Both the position numbers and the translations under genes were made by a program. A stretch of 63,976 nt of DNA, counting the filler, from Octopus bimaculoides (Eukaryota), in assembly GCF_001194135.2 (NCBI RefSeq). It is 7 parts of 5 records of this genome, joined end to end, with 100 filler letters (N's around TTAATTAATTAA, not from the genome) between each part and the next. Parts side by side here need not be neighbours in the genome. Positions count along the whole stretch, not along the records: positions 1 to 25,210 come from NC_068981.1; 6 more parts are not named here. The stretch is one strand, 5' to 3'. Positions 1-13,110 of the stretch are shown piece after piece. Within the stretch, counting starts at the first letter, position 1. The number at the start of each line of letters is the position of its first letter. The notes beneath the pieces were generated by a model. That model was given only the letters and a program-made list of their open reading frames with translations, ran no database searches and was not told where the DNA came from.

Positions 1-352
1 TTAAGAAACCATAAGAAAATTATGTGTTTGTTTTAAAATTTGAGATCACATAGACAGTATGTTACGTAGGATATGGGCAGTTCCCATGAGCACTATCTTT
101 TGAACTTCAGCCATTTTGGGGTTTCCTGGTATCTGAGCTAGGTAGTAATCAGCCAGTTTCGCTGTCATTCCCAGCGCACCTATGACAATAGGTATTGTTT
201 TAGTCTTCAGGTTCCACATTTTGCTAATTTCTATTTCAAGATCTTTATATTTGCTCAGTTTTTGGTAGGTCTTGACAGATACGTTTATATCGATTGGGGC
301 AGTCATATCAATGAGGAGGCATGATTTTTGTCTGAAGTCTTTCAGTATGATG
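1..352 (-). mobile_element. R4/Dong-clade non-LTR retrotransposon, 5'-truncated 3' fragment (RLE endonuclease C-terminus + 3'UTR)
   Basis: ORF 46..453 ends KDFRQKSCLLIDMTAPIDINVSVKTYQKLSKYKDLEIEISKMWNLKTKTIPIVIGALG...LMGTAHILRNILSM, the RLE tail. The 3'UTR matches 46100-46165. The ORF N-terminus upstream of ~352 is flanking simple repeat. Confidence 0.85.
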
Positions 353-789
353 ATCATCCCCATCACTACCACAACCATCACCATTATCGCAGACCCAGCA
401 CTGCCTAATTTACACACACACAACAGTTTGTTAGCAAATCCCAAAACGAACAAAATTTAAAGATCATCAGCTACACTTCCATAAACACGATTAACAAAGC
501 ACAAATGAAATACATAAACAACCATGCAGACACCACTTAGAGTAATTTCCTCACACTGACAACCAGCATACCTACACACAAAAATCATACAAATACAACA
601 AGACTCAAATAACAAATTAAAAAAACAAATACCTGGATGGGATAGGAAATTTTACAAAAATCGTTAACAAAAGACTTTATAAAGAACTGCTTATGGTAAC
701 AACCAAATCTAACCAGAAGGACAGAACACCTATCCTCCATCCCTCACAAAACTATAGTAAGTAACTCCCTCCTCTTCACTGTCTAATTC

Positions 790-1113
790 ATTATACAACA
801 TGGTATTGCTGAGAAATAGGCCGAGAGAAAGCTATCTATGGAAAGTCGGGCTGATATCGCATCCGTTATATACTACCGTCGTGCCCTGCTCCGGTTTACG
901 TCTCACCAAACTGGAGCGCATACTCTTCCACTTTCTGTGGAAGGGACACGTTCCACTGGTCAGGCGCTTCATTTACTGTTAACAACCGCTGAAAGGAAGA
1001 CTGGGCATGCCACGGCTGCTGATTCGCAGACATGCAGTGAGGCTACGGTATCTTCTGCGCTTCCTTCACGGTGAGCAGGTATGGTTGTTGTTTGTCAGAT
1101 TTGCTCTTCCACA
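790..1113 (+). mobile_element. Tx1/L1-like LINE fragment (post-RT thumb region)
   Basis: Translates LTKLERILFHFLWKGHVPLVRRFIYC..PLKGRLGMPRLLIRRHAVRLRYL..FLHGEQVW, homologous to the decayed segment at ~3880-4070 of the downstream Tx1-like element. Confidence 0.7.
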
Positions 1114-1202
1114 GATTTCTCCACAACTCGAAGGGAAGCTAAGAAGGAACCGCTTCCGCCCACACACACACACAAAAAGAACAGGGGGCTGAAAAAACAC
1201 CT

Positions 1203-2130
1203 GCAGTCCTGGATCAAATGATCAAGGAGAACTGTCAGGCTAAGGTTATCGGGCATTCAGCCTGGCGTGAACATCTGGCGAATCGTGACCCTACATACGT
1301 GCTAGTCGCACAACGTGCTGTCGTAGAAGGAAGGAAGGAAGGAAGGAAGGAAGGAAGGAAGGAAGGAAGGAAGGAAGGAAGGAGAGAAGGAAGGAAGGAA
1401 GGAAGGAGAGAAGGAAGGAAGTCTAAAACGAGATTTCTGTGGGCGGCAAGCTAGCCGATAACCTTCTGTCCCCCAAAAGATAAGGGACACGAGGCCACAC
1501 CTGCTACCAACAGTACACCCTCAACAATAGCAAGAACAAAGACAATATGTCACACCTGCATCATCATCATCAGCAGTAGCAGTAACAGCAACAGAGACAG
1601 CAGGAACACCAAAATTACCATCAGTTGGAACCAAAACAGCAGTAATAATAACTTCACCGGCAGTTACGAAACCCACAAGACTGCAAGACAGGAAGGCAGC
1701 TGAGACAACAAAAGCCCTAGCGACTCCAACATCACCGTCACCAACAATATCACCAAAAATAAAACAAATGAAAGAACCACCCTGGGTGTGTCTCAACCTA
1801 ACTCATCTTCTCCCCATCTCTCAGACACACAAACTCACACCCACAGCCCGAGACAAGATTCCAGAGACACTGATTTCTCCACAACTCGAAGGGAAGCTAA
1901 GAAGGAACCGCTTCCGCCCACACACACACACAAAAAGAACAGGGGGCTGAAAAAAACACCTTGCCTTACACCAACACTGACACCAGAAAACACCAAAAAA
2001 CGCTCTTAAAATAAACACAAGCACATTGAAAATAACACCAACCCCACCAGCTCCACAACCATTGACGAAACTACCGCTACCACTACCAGCACTATTCCAT
2101 CTGGACTCGCCCCCAAAAGAAAGTTCACGC
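1203..2130 (+). mobile_element. Possible ORF1 remnant of the Tx1-like LINE (Thr/Pro-rich), interrupted by (GAAG)n at ~1326-1420
   Basis: Lies upstream of the APE region and has low-complexity Thr/Pro coding character. No diagnostic motif, so this is mostly positional inference. Confidence 0.35.
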
Positions 2131-2519
2131 AATAACAGTCACCTACACAGCCACCAAATTTCGTACTTGTGAGAGGAGCCAACGAATATTTTGACGGCTA
2201 TCATTACACGAAATAAAGATATTGAGAGAGGGGGTGCAATTCGCAACACCAGAAAATTTAATGTTCATGCACATGCTGCTAGAGATATACAGACATTAGA
2301 GATGTTTTCTTCTACGATGTGGGAATCTCTAATTTAAATGACAACAGTAGACGTTTAAGGGGGTTCCAGAGGAATCACAAACAGTTTTGGAGGTCGCGTC
2401 ATCCGACCACCAACAGCACTCTTTTCCTTTCCGACCCCATTCTTTTCCTTTCTTTCAACTCTTTCCGACCAGCATGGCAATTATTATAGTAGATTGTATA
2501 AATGTACGTAACCTGGATT

Positions 2520-5153
2520 CATCCTGAAAGTGAAGTCGCATACTCAACGGCTTCAGGTCGCTAGGTGGAAGTGCTGTTTAGGAAAGGCCTGGAATTCGAA
2601 GTACGGTCAATCTTCCTGGACTTGTATGGTAAATTGGTGGTCCTGAATGTGAGCAATAGCGAAAGTGATTTTTTCAGACTAGTCGCTGTGTATGCTTCTT
2701 CTGGTGGATGTGGAGCCCGATTTCTTCAAATGTTTCGAAGTTATCTTGGGACGTCTCGTTCTTTAGTGCTAGTGTGAGATTGGAACGCCATCTTAGACGC
2801 ACGCCTGGTAGGGTGGCGCTAACCGGTAAGAGAGTGAGGTGTAAAAGCCTCACAAACCTGCTCAGTCACTTCCAACTTGCTGACAAGTACTGACTGGATT
2901 TCCAGCATCAGATCATCCAGAGTGTACCGAAGTAGAGTATCCAGTAGGCCAGTAGATAGGCGTAGCATAAGTTGTCTACAATTCAAAGTCGTTGGCTACA
3001 TAGACCACAAATTTGTGATCTGTACAGTCGATCTTGATGAGATCCATAGAAAAGCCAACGGATACTAGAAATTCTGTGAGCCGTGGCGTGGTGGTGCTGC
3101 TGAAAACGGAGCCAGACAAGAAAGACCAAATAGATCATTTTAGGCCCATAACAAATAGATAATTTTAGCCAAGAGGTTGGTGCTTCTCGTCGATAAATTG
3201 GTCGGTGTCGTGCAGACATGCACTATCTCAAACAGATTTATCCACGACAACCTCCACTTCACGCATTACGACATAGAATAGGTAGGTAAGGAACATGGAT
3301 GGTCAATTTGGATAAATCGAAAGCTTTTGATAGAGTCAACCATCAATATTCGGAGATTGTCGTCGCGGCGATCGGTTTCGGAACCGTCTTCAGAGGCTGG
3401 ATCGCTGCAATAGACAGCAATATCTCTTCCGTGGTCAAAGTAAGTAACCACCTATTGAAATAGTTTAGCATAGCACGTTGGGTCCGTCAATGATGCCAAC
3501 TCTCGTCCCTTCTATAAGTGCTGGCTCTCCAGCTATTATTACGGAGACTGGGTGTTTCTAGGGGCATACTGCATGAACTAGGGTGCTGAAGGTTTGTGTC
3601 GGCTTATGGGGACGACTTCACCGTAATAGTGTCGGACACTTTGGAAATCGCGGTGATCGACACTACCCTAAGGGAGTACGAAATATACAGGAGCAAAGAT
3701 TAACCAGAAGTCGGCGGGTGTGCAGCCTGGCACCTGGAGAGGCAGGTCCATGCTGTCCGGCAGCATCATAGAGCGCTGGACGGAAGGACCGGTTAAAATG
3801 CTAGGGGTATGATTTGGTTCGGACCTCCAGGTAAACAATGACATCGCTTCCGTCATCTGCTTGCCCTGCATTGTGGATGATCAGCTGAAGCACGTTTTTC
3901 CTGCTTTATCTAGAATGGACATATTCTGTTCGTCAGACCGTCCATCTGCTGTCAGCAGCCGCTGAGTGTAGGATTGAATATGCTGTGGCTATGATGCACA
4001 GGCATGCACTGAGAGCGCTAGGGCTTCCTTGATGGTGAGGAGGTGTGGTCGCCGTTTGTCAGACAAGATTTTTCGCAGCTCGTTTCGTTGTCGGAGCTAC
4101 AGTCCTAGATCAAGCGTAAACCAAGAAAGGGCTCTTGGCACATGGAGTGTCAGCAAGTGCACACAATTCTCTGCCCGTTGGGTAATGCAGTCGGTGGAAA
4201 TTCTACTTTGGGAATTAGTAATGGGCAAGAGCGACAATATACACGGGGAAACTCTGGGCGTCGGGAGAGATCGATTAGTTTGTATTTTCCGGTGGATTTT
4301 GCTGAAATATGCTGAAATCCCTGCCCTAGCAACACTTCCGTGCTTGTAGAGCTGGTCTTGTACCGCTAGAGCGCTCCAGTAGCACTACAAAGTTAGGGAT
4401 TTCTGAAAATTATTCAAGATGTGCGAAGGGCTATGAAACCGTTTTGCATGCACTCATCCAGTGTCTGGGCATTGTTGACTTGTAGAGCTTTGACTAACAG
4501 CTGTTGACTCGTGTAGGACGGATCAGGTTATCAGCCAAGTCCATCATGATCTCCCCGTCGCAGGCATTATTCCTCTGTCTATGGTGAAAGAGGTAGTGTA
4601 GTGAACAAGATTGAAAGGACTGAAAACAAATACTTTCCTCTTCAGTCAAGCCCTCATAGACTTTTCATGTTCCTCTTGAAAAGAAAAGGGGAGATGGAGA
4701 GAGAAGTGTTGCCCCATCCAGTATTTTTTGTTGAAAGGTGGGTGAATGTGACGAGGATGGCCCGTGTGAATGTGCCCACTCTGACCATACACCTGTAGAC
4801 TTGAAGAGATGGTGGGGAGAGAGAGGCCTATTTTGGGTGCCCTTGGTGGTCCTGAGTTGTTTGAAAAGGATCGATGGGCCACGCTTTCGCGGTCCGTATT
4901 CGTACTGAAAATCGAGATCGAGCGAGCTTTTACCCTTTTGTTCGACGTTGGCGGTGAAGGTGACCAGGATATGTGATGTTCTTTGGTTGGGTCAGGATAG
5001 AACTACCTTTTGGGAGGATTTTATGGTATAAATTTTGTTGCTAATTGTTACTGCTTTTATTGTGCACACGTACATTTGTACTTATTCTTCCTTGTCCCTT
5101 GTTTTGTATCATCCCCTTTAGCTTTGTGTTCGACCCTTGTGGCTAATAAAGAA

Positions 5154-5155
<2 letters not shown>
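2520..5155 (+). mobile_element. Tx1/L1-like LINE, decayed ORF2 (APE-RT-CCHC) with 3' end
   Basis: APE: EVLFRKGLEFEVRSIFLD..LVAVYAS, (G)DWNAILD, IDHKFV..GY*KF. RT: MVNLDKSKAFDRVNHQY (~3297), VSAYGDDFTVIV (~3597), GAKINQKS, PVKMLGV*F. Zn knuckle RCAKGYETVLHALIQC (~4418-4465). Ends CCTTGTGGCTAATAAAGAAAT then (ATT)n. Many stops and frameshifts. Confidence 0.85.

Positions 5156-5197
<42 letters not shown>
5154..5197. repeat. (ATT)n/(TAA)n microsatellite, tail of the Tx1-like LINE
   Basis: Direct reading. Confidence 0.95.
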
Positions 5198-5643
5198 CGT
5201 CTTTCAATTTTGTTTCCATTTCTTGTCGAGTGTATTCCCAACACCTATGGAAAAGAAGTTCAATGTATACATTGGTAGGCTATTAAAATACACACACCAA
5301 GATTCTTCATTTAGAAAGTCATGTGATAAAAAAAAAGGGAGAGGAAAGACAGAGAGAAAAGGAAGGAAGGAAAAATGAAAAAGAAAACAGGAAATAAAGG
5401 GGAAAAATATTCACAGTGACAATACTCTTGTCAGTGTGTGTGACGAGCCAGTTAAGACAATCTTTTGCACTTCCTGCGTGGATGGTAAGCCTGAGATCAT
5501 CATCGAATAATTTTCAGTTCCCTTTTTGATCATTTCAAGTGCTCTTACAATCACTGGTATAGTAACCGTCTTGAGATGCAACATCTTTTCGATTTCAATC
5601 ATCAAATCTTTATTTTTTCTGAGCTTATCAGATTATTTTGCCG

Positions 5644-5644
<1 letters not shown>
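5198..5644 (-). mobile_element. R4/Dong 5'-truncated 3' fragment
   Basis: ORF 5411..5605 IEIEKMLHLKTVTIPVIVRALEMIKKG...VQKIVLTGSSHTLTRVLSL. Bounded by TAA/TTA tracts on both sides. Confidence 0.8.

Positions 5645-5718
<74 letters not shown>
5645..5718. repeat. (TTA)n microsatellite between two Dong copies
   Basis: Direct reading. Confidence 0.95.
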
Positions 5719-5719
<1 letters not shown>

Positions 5720-8700
5720 CTTCGTAATACAGTGTAGGTAAAAATGCACCGGAATCTTTAGTCATCTGTCAAGTTACAACAAGGAACTCAGACAGATATT
5801 ATTTTCCTTAAGATTTGCTCTATGCCCAATAAGGTTGCTTTTTGCAAGACATTAATCTTGCATGAGATTTCTAGTTCCCTTAAGAAGTCTTGAAGTTTCA
5901 AAGGGATTAACCCAACGCTCTGATCACCACTGGTATCACTTTTACATTACCCTCTCGCATTCCATACAGTCTTGCCATTTCCACTTTAAATTCGGAGTAC
6001 TTGGTGATTTTTTCAACCTCTTTATTCACAACATTCATGTCATTTGGTATGGCTACATCAATGGTCTGGCAGTATTTGTCTCTCTCACTCAATATGACAA
6101 TATCTGGCTGACGGTGTTCGATTACACGATCCGTCTGAAAATCATAGTCCCAGAGTATGATTTCCATCCTCCTGCATAGCTTTACTTGGTACATGCTCAT
6201 ACCAGTTCTCTGTTACTTCATATTGGTATTTACGGCATAAGAGCCAATGAAGATACATACACACTTTATTGTAGCGGCGCTTGTAATCTTTTTGTGCAAG
6301 GATATCACATCCACTTACCAAGTGAGTCACATTTTTCACACTCTTTCCACAGTCTGTATTTCTGGGTGTCAGAAGTATTATAGATGTTATATTTCACTGA
6401 ATTGATAGCGAGTGCCTGGTCTTGTGAAGCAATTATCAGGCTTTCGGTGATACGCTTCAAATTACCTCGCTCAAGCCATGCCCACGATGATGTATTATCC
6501 TCAACGTCCTGTGTATTCCTTTCAAACCGTCCATGCATTCTCATTTCAAGAGGGTCTTCTTTTCTCTTCTCCTCAGCTCTTTGGTTAAACTCTTCCTTGC
6601 CAATCATTTCATCTGCATTTACACCCATATCTTTCGCGGTATATTGCAGCAAGTCTTCATCAATATTGATCAAATACTCGGCAAGCGTTCTTTTTTCACT
6701 CCTTATACAATAGTCTATACTAATTAGACCTCTGCCACCATTCTTTCTTTTCATATACAGTCCGTTTACATTTGTTTTAGTGTGCAGCGCCCCATGCAGC
6801 GTTATCAACTTTCTCGTCCTTCTATCCAGTGTTGATATTTCCTCCTTAATCCATTTGACGATGGTCTCACTATATCTGACCACCGCAACTGCCCAGGTAA
6901 TCATTGCGGTAATCAAAGTTTTGGCTTTCAGGTTGGATTTCAACACCATCTTCACCCTTTTTTGATACGCCTCGCTGACCTTGGCTTTCATTTCTTTGTA
7001 TAGAATGTCATCCAGCTTCCAAATCCCTAAATGTCTATACCCACTACCGTTGGGTTCACACATAGTCTCTCATGATGGTAATCACAACCCTCTGCAGGAT
7101 GCTTTCTTCCTTCTTTTCATATTAAGTACTGAGCATTTGGTAATCCGAAATTCCATACCACACTTCTGGACTGTTTTGTTTAAGGAAACTATCTGTTTTT
7201 CAGATTTTCCAAACAATTTCAGGTCATCCATAAACAGAAGATGATTCATTGATGGGTTTTTCTTCCTACATCGATAACCCATCTTAACTTTCCCAAGTGT
7301 CATTGTTATGGGTATTAGTGAAATTACAAATAGTAACAGAGAAAATGGGTCACCTTTTAATATTAACTTCTCCAAGGAATACATTACTCGAGTACAATTT
7401 GGTTTTCCACTCTTTCATGCTATACATCAGAAAATTTGTGATGCTGTCAGCAACACCAAACATCTGCAGGCATTCAAAGATCAAAGAATGAGGCATCATA
7501 TCATATGCCTTCTTAAAGCCAATGCAAGCCATAGACACGTTTGTGTGTTTTTTACAATGCCTCAAAACTGTTTTATCGATGACCAGATGATCTTTGGTAC
7601 TCTGAGAACTCTTCCTACATCCTTTTTGTTCCCTTGGTAGTATTTCTTCTTCTGCCAGGAAAGTATATGTCTTTGCTGCACATATTCCAGTGAGTATCTT
7701 CCAGATTATGTTTAGGCAATATTCCCCTTTCTTCTGTCTTCCATTATAAGTGCTGTCCTCCCAGTCATCATCCATGCGGGGACTGTACCTTTCTTGACAC
7801 ACTCATTCAGTTGGGCTACTAGTCTTTTATGCACCACTTGGCATCTCTTCAGCCAAAGACCACGAATCTCATTTGGTCCGGGGGCTTTCCAGTTAAGCAC
7901 TTTACCCACTTGTTCTTTCACATCACCCGTACTTATGACAATGTTCCTTTGTTTCTTTCCTCCTTGTAACTCTGTCTTGATAGTTCCTATCCACATTGCA
8001 TCCCTTTTTGCACCACATTGTTTCCCCCATAATCCGCTCCAGAACTCCTTGGCTTGATTTGCATCAGGAAAATTTCCCCCATTGTCTCCTTCTAACGTTC
8101 GGAAAAATTGCTTCGAGTTATTTTTGAGCAATCTGTTTTCGAACTGCCTATTTCTGTTCACAAATCTTCTGATCTTCCGGCTTTTTGCCATGATCCTCTG
8201 TTTTAACTACTTTATTACTGCATCAAACCTGTTCTTCCGTATTTTATATTTCTTCTCTAGTTTTTCTCGGTCGATCTTTTCCCCATTTTTCCAGTTTCCT
8301 CTTAACCATTGCTCAATTTTTCCTAGATCTTGCCTGGCCCACATTATGTTCCTTTCAATGCGTCGTTTCCACCTTGGTTCTTTTGCTCCACCATTTTTCG
8401 TTTTCTTAAGTTGTCATTTCTCCTCAGAAAGTAGTGCAATAGCTCGGAGAAGATTCTTTGTTTGTGTTATGTGCGTCGTCTGGATGTATGGTATGGCAGT
8501 ATTTATCTTTTGTGTTACTTTATTTATCATACTCCTATCTACCCTTCTCATATTCATAGGGATTTTTTTCTTCTGGAGCATTCATCAAGTCGGTGAGTCG
8601 TCTTTGAATTTCAAGCAATTCATTATCTAGTTGGTTCATTTCCCCTGCATGTCCACCCACCACAGAATCAGGGTTCACTGTATAGCGTTCCAGTTCCTCA

Positions 8701-9116
8701 TCCTTACCAGCCCCATCACCATTTCTCTGTTCCTCCTGTCTACTCTTCTCTCTGCTTTCAACTCCGACCATCCTTTGTACCCCATCTGCAGGGTCTCTCA
8801 GACTCTCACTAATCCAAGATATTCCTGCTCCAGTTAAGTAACCCTTCCTCCTAATTACCCCCACTTGGTTCATTAGTTTATTTTCAGACATTGGACACAT
8901 GTCCTTTTCCATCCAAAATTTCAAGGTACGTCGGCCTACTCTACGACTTCTTTCCAGCTTTGCTCTTTCATGACATTCAATAAGTGTATCGTACTATTCT
9001 TTCGTTCACTTATATCTGTTTTTGCACACACCGTGTATGTGATCTGTTGTGACATAACGACCGTCCGAGGCCAAATCACTGCCCGAGCGGTTTCGGACGC
9101 GAACCGGGCGGGATAC
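5719..9116 (-). mobile_element. R4/Dong-clade retrotransposon, near full length, pseudogenised
   Basis: N-terminus IECHERAKLERSRRVGRRTLKFWMEKDMCPMSENKLMNQVGVIRRKG. RT: NWKAPGPN, EQKGCRK, GFKKAYDMMPH, GDPFSLLLF, HLLFMDDLKLF, YRHLG. Zn region: ESLIIASQDQAL..HLVSGCDILAQKDYKRRYNKV. RLE: RQPDIVI..IDVAIPND..EKITKY. Split into many ORF pieces. Confidence 0.92.
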
Positions 9117-9158
9117 CTTCTTCTTCTTCTTCTTCTTCTTCTTCTTCTTCTTCTTCTT

Positions 9159-9217
<59 letters not shown>

Positions 9218-9316
9218 CATCATCATCATCATCATCATCATCGTCATCATCATCATCATCATCATCATCATCGTCATCATCATCATCATCATCATCATTA
9301 TTATTATTATTATTAT
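9117..9316. repeat. Compound trinucleotide microsatellite (CTT)n-(ATT)n-(CAT)n-(ATT)n
   Basis: Direct reading. Abuts the 5' end of the Dong element. Confidence 0.95.
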
Positions 9317-9341
9317 TTTAAGTTATTTTAAGTTATTATTT

Positions 9342-10010
9342 TAAGGCAGTGAGTAAGCAGATTCATTAGCATACCGAGCAAAAGGCTTAGCGGCATTTCG
9401 TCCGATTTTGCGTTCCGAGTTCAGATTTCGCCGAGGTTGACGTTGCCTTTTATCCTTTCGGGGTCGATAAAAGAAGAACCAGATGAGTACTGGGATCGAT
9501 GTAATCGATTTATCCTCCTCCCCGAAATTACTGGCCTTGTGCCAAAATTTGAAACCATTGTTATCATTATCATTAAGGTGGCTGGCAGGCAGAATCTTTA
9601 GAACACCGGTAAAAACGTTTAGCCTCATTTCTTCCGGCTTTACATCTGAGTTCATAGTCTGCCACGGTCGGCTTTGCCTTTCATCCTTTCGTGTTTAATA
9701 AACTAAATACTGAGTACTGGGGTCAATGTAATCGACTGTTATCCCCCCACCGCCCACATACACAAAATTCCAGGCCTTGTGCCTATAATAGAAAGCATTA
9801 TGTAGGCGGCTAGGCAGTAGAGTCGTTAGCACGCCAGACAAAATGATTAGCTCATTTCTTCCTGCTTTACGTACTGAGTTCAAATTCAGCTGTGGCTGGC
9901 TCTGCCTTTTATCCCTCCGGAGCCGATAAAATAAAGTTCTAGTGAACTATTGGGTTCGGTGGGGGTAAAATTGGGGCCTTGTTCTAAAGTTAGAAAGCTT
10001 TATTATCTAT
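9342..10010 (+). mobile_element. Three head-to-tail copies of tRNA-derived SINE family A (starts ~9342, ~9575, ~9800)
   Basis: Each has a head AAGGC/GTG-GAGCTGGCAGAATC-like, a B-box-like GAGTTCAAATTC, a core GCCTTT(C)ATCCTTTCGGGGTCGATAAAA..GTACC and a tail GGCCTTGTGCC..TTTGAAA. From memory the core resembles the conserved central domain of Meta/Sauria-type SINEs (unverified). Confidence 0.8.
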
Positions 10011-10799
10011 TTGGTGTAACTGTAAGAGCACTGTAACTGTAAGAGCATTGCCCAAATACGCACGCACATGCACAGACACAAGTTATTGATATTCAATTGT
10101 ATAAACCATATAATGTACATGTATTCAATACTCTGCCTTCGTTTGCTTGACCCAATTCAACGTCTGTGTGTGTATGTGAGTGCGCGTGTGAATGCATGTG
10201 TCTGTGTGTGCGTGTGTGCGTGTGTGTGTGAGTGTGAGTGTGTGTGCGCGCGAGCGTCTGGGAGGGTATATGTGTTGTGTGAAGGTATTTGTGTATGTAT
10301 GAGGAGTGATCTTTACATATATAATGAGAGATAAAGAGGACAAACCAGTATGAAAAAAAAAATGTAGAGTGGTAAAACAAGAAATTATAGTGAAAGATTG
10401 AATAGATAGGCTTGTGACGTGTAAGAGTTCAAGAAGAGAATCAGGCAAAACAGGATAACGTGAGTAAACCAAATAAACATCAGAAATGGAGAGAGCTAAC
10501 TATGACATAACTTACGAAAATATTTTGTGTAAAGCAAAATCATACAGACAACAGACATATAAATACAACTAAGTTGATGGTAGAGTTAAGACTAAATTCG
10601 AATAAGAGGGAAAAAGACAAAGGGGGAGACATGGAGAGGAACAGCTATCAATGTTAAAGTGAAAAGTTCATTAAGAAACTAAACTCCCTATTACTTAATA
10701 TATATATATATATATGCTAATTAACGAAAAATCTCACTGTCGATGGCTGAGTATTTATTGCAGGGCCTGAAATCGATTGATATGGGATCAACTGTTTAT

Positions 10800-10926
10800 T
10801 ACTTACTCTTTCACTTGTTTCAGTCATTTGACTGCAGCCATGCTGGAGCACCGCCTTTAGTCGAGCAAATCGACCCCAGAACTTATTCTTTGTAAGCCTA
10901 GTACTTATTCCATATATATATATATG

Positions 10927-10966
<40 letters not shown>

Positions 10967-11090
10967 GACGGGCTTCTTTTCAGTTTCCGTCTACCAAATT
11001 CATTCACAAAGCTTTGGTCGGCCCGAGGCTATAGTAGAAGACACTTGCCCAATGTGCCAAGCAGTGGGACTGAACCCGGAACCATGTGAA
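10800..11090 (-). mobile_element. SINE family B copy with internal deletion and (AT)n
   Basis: TGTTTCAGTCATTTGACTGCAGCCATGCTGGAGCACCGCCTTTAGTCGAGCAAATCGACCCC ... GGGACTGAACCCGGAACCATGTG, shared with copies at 20680, 28861 and 34610. Confidence 0.85.
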
Positions 11091-11340
11091 TTTTGTTCAC
11101 AAAAGGTACATTCACATTCTATTTTTGCTAATTCCCTCGCTTTCAACTGTGCATATGAGTGGTTTAAATGGTGTAGAGATGTTTTGACATCGATTTCTAG
11201 CATGTTGGTACTTTTCCCAGTACCCTTCCTTATAGGTGTATATATTTATATATGATTATAGGCTTATATTAATTTTTACCTCTACAGTTTTAAAGCATGC
11301 TAGCCACTGATATTGTTATTATTTTACAATAATAATTGAT

Positions 11341-11371
<31 letters not shown>

Positions 11372-12727
11372 NNNNNNNNNNNNNNNNNNNNNNNNNNNNN
11401 NGATTGATTGCCAGCACTACCAGCACCTCCTCAACCTCTTATGGATCTTCTGGAAGGTATTTCCATCCAGTCAAAGGATTTTCTGAACAATATCAGACAA
11501 TACAACTCTGCATTTCAAATGACATCGCTTGATGCATCTAAGGAGATAGTTGAACATGGATGTATACTGACATTCAAAGTTCAAGGGCAAGTCTATCACC
11601 TCATTGGTTCCCTGTTACCCACAAATGAACAACCAAAGTTCCTCCAAATTTACTTTATGAGTGACGTAGGGCAACAAACCCAAAGGAGGTGTCAAAATTT
11701 CAGACATTTGGATATAAACATTGTTCACCAATAGCAAAATATGTTACATGAAAACAATGCCCTGGTTCAAGCCTTTAAAACATTTATTGAACAGCAACCT
11801 CAAGGTGATTATCAAATTGTTATCCGCGCTGACAAGCCACCTCATGGTCAACATGTACGTCGTTTTAATGAGCCCAAATCTAATGAAGTAGCTATCCTTA
11901 TGGTAGGCGATCCCCATGACAATCGTGATATTCTCATTCATGGTCGAGATAACAACCTTAAACATGTTTCAGAGACTCATCCCTCTTATGATGTTCTCCA
12001 GTATCCTCTTATTTTGTAGAATGGACAAGATGGGTATCATTTCAATATTCCACAGATTCAACCTGCAACAGGAGAGCCAACTACAAACAAGGAGGTGTCG
12101 TCAAATAACTTCTATTTTTACCAACTGATGTTAAGACCAGAACAATCAAATCAGTTACACATGATCTACTTCAGCAATACCTGGTTGATATGTATGCTAA
12201 AGTTGAGAGTGAGCGTCTCCTGCACATTCGTAACAATGAAAAAAGTTAAGGGCTGAAAAATATGTTCATCTCCAAGATGCTTTCAGGACAGATGGTGATA
12301 TTCGAAACATAGGGCAACTTATAATCCTCCCATCATCATTCACCGGCGGTCCTCGATATATGCACGAACGAACACAGGCTGCTATGACATATATCAAGAC
12401 ATGGAAAACCAGATAATTTTGTCATTTTTGCTTGCAACCCTCAATGAGAGGAAATAAAATCTAACCCCGTCGTCGACATGATATTATTGCTAGAGTGTTT
12501 CGTCGAAAAGTTATGAAAATGGTTTATCTGATCACCAACACAGACATTGCCAGACATTGCCAGACATTGCCATTTTTGGACAAGCTATTTGTCATAAATA
12601 CACTATTGAATGACAAAAGAGAGGCCTTCCGCATGCACACATGCTGTTTTGATTTCATGAAAAATTCATCTCAACCAAATTGATACCATCATTAGTGCAT
12701 CATTAGTGCTGTATTACCAGATCCAGA

Positions 12728-13110
12728 TGTCGAGGCGCAATGGCCCAGTGATTATAGCAGCGGACTCGCGGTCATAGGATCGCAGTTTCGATTCCAAGAC
12801 CGGGCATTGTGAGTGTTTATTGAGCGAAAACACCTAAAGCTCCACGGGGCTCCGGCATGGGATGGTGGTGAACCCTGCTGTACTCTTTCGCCACAACTTT
12901 CTCTCACTCTTACTTCCTGTTTCTGTTGTGCCTGTATTTCAAAGGGCCAGCCTTGCCACACTGTGTCACGCTGAATATCCCCGAGAACTACACTAAGAGT
13001 ACACGTGTCTGTGGAGTGCTCAGCCACTTGCACGTTAATTTCACGAGCAGGTTGTTCCATTGATTGGATCAACTGGAACCCTCGACGTCGTAAGCGACGG
13101 AGTGCCAACA
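12728..13110 (+). mobile_element. tRNA-derived SINE family C with 12-bp target-site duplication
   Basis: A-box-like TGGCCCAGTGA and B-box-like GTTTCGATTCC. TSD ACCAGATCCAGA at 12716-12727 and 13111-13122. Second copy at 27745-28126. Confidence 0.9.

Noticed and set aside
2185-2260. YFDGYHYTK resembling a FLYWCH/MULE start
   Set aside because: Too short, stops follow immediately, and there is no supporting domain.
12733-12810. tRNA-like A/B boxes here and at 28865 and 9345
   Set aside because: These are SINE heads continuous with SINE bodies. No complete cloverleaf, so they are not called tRNA genes.
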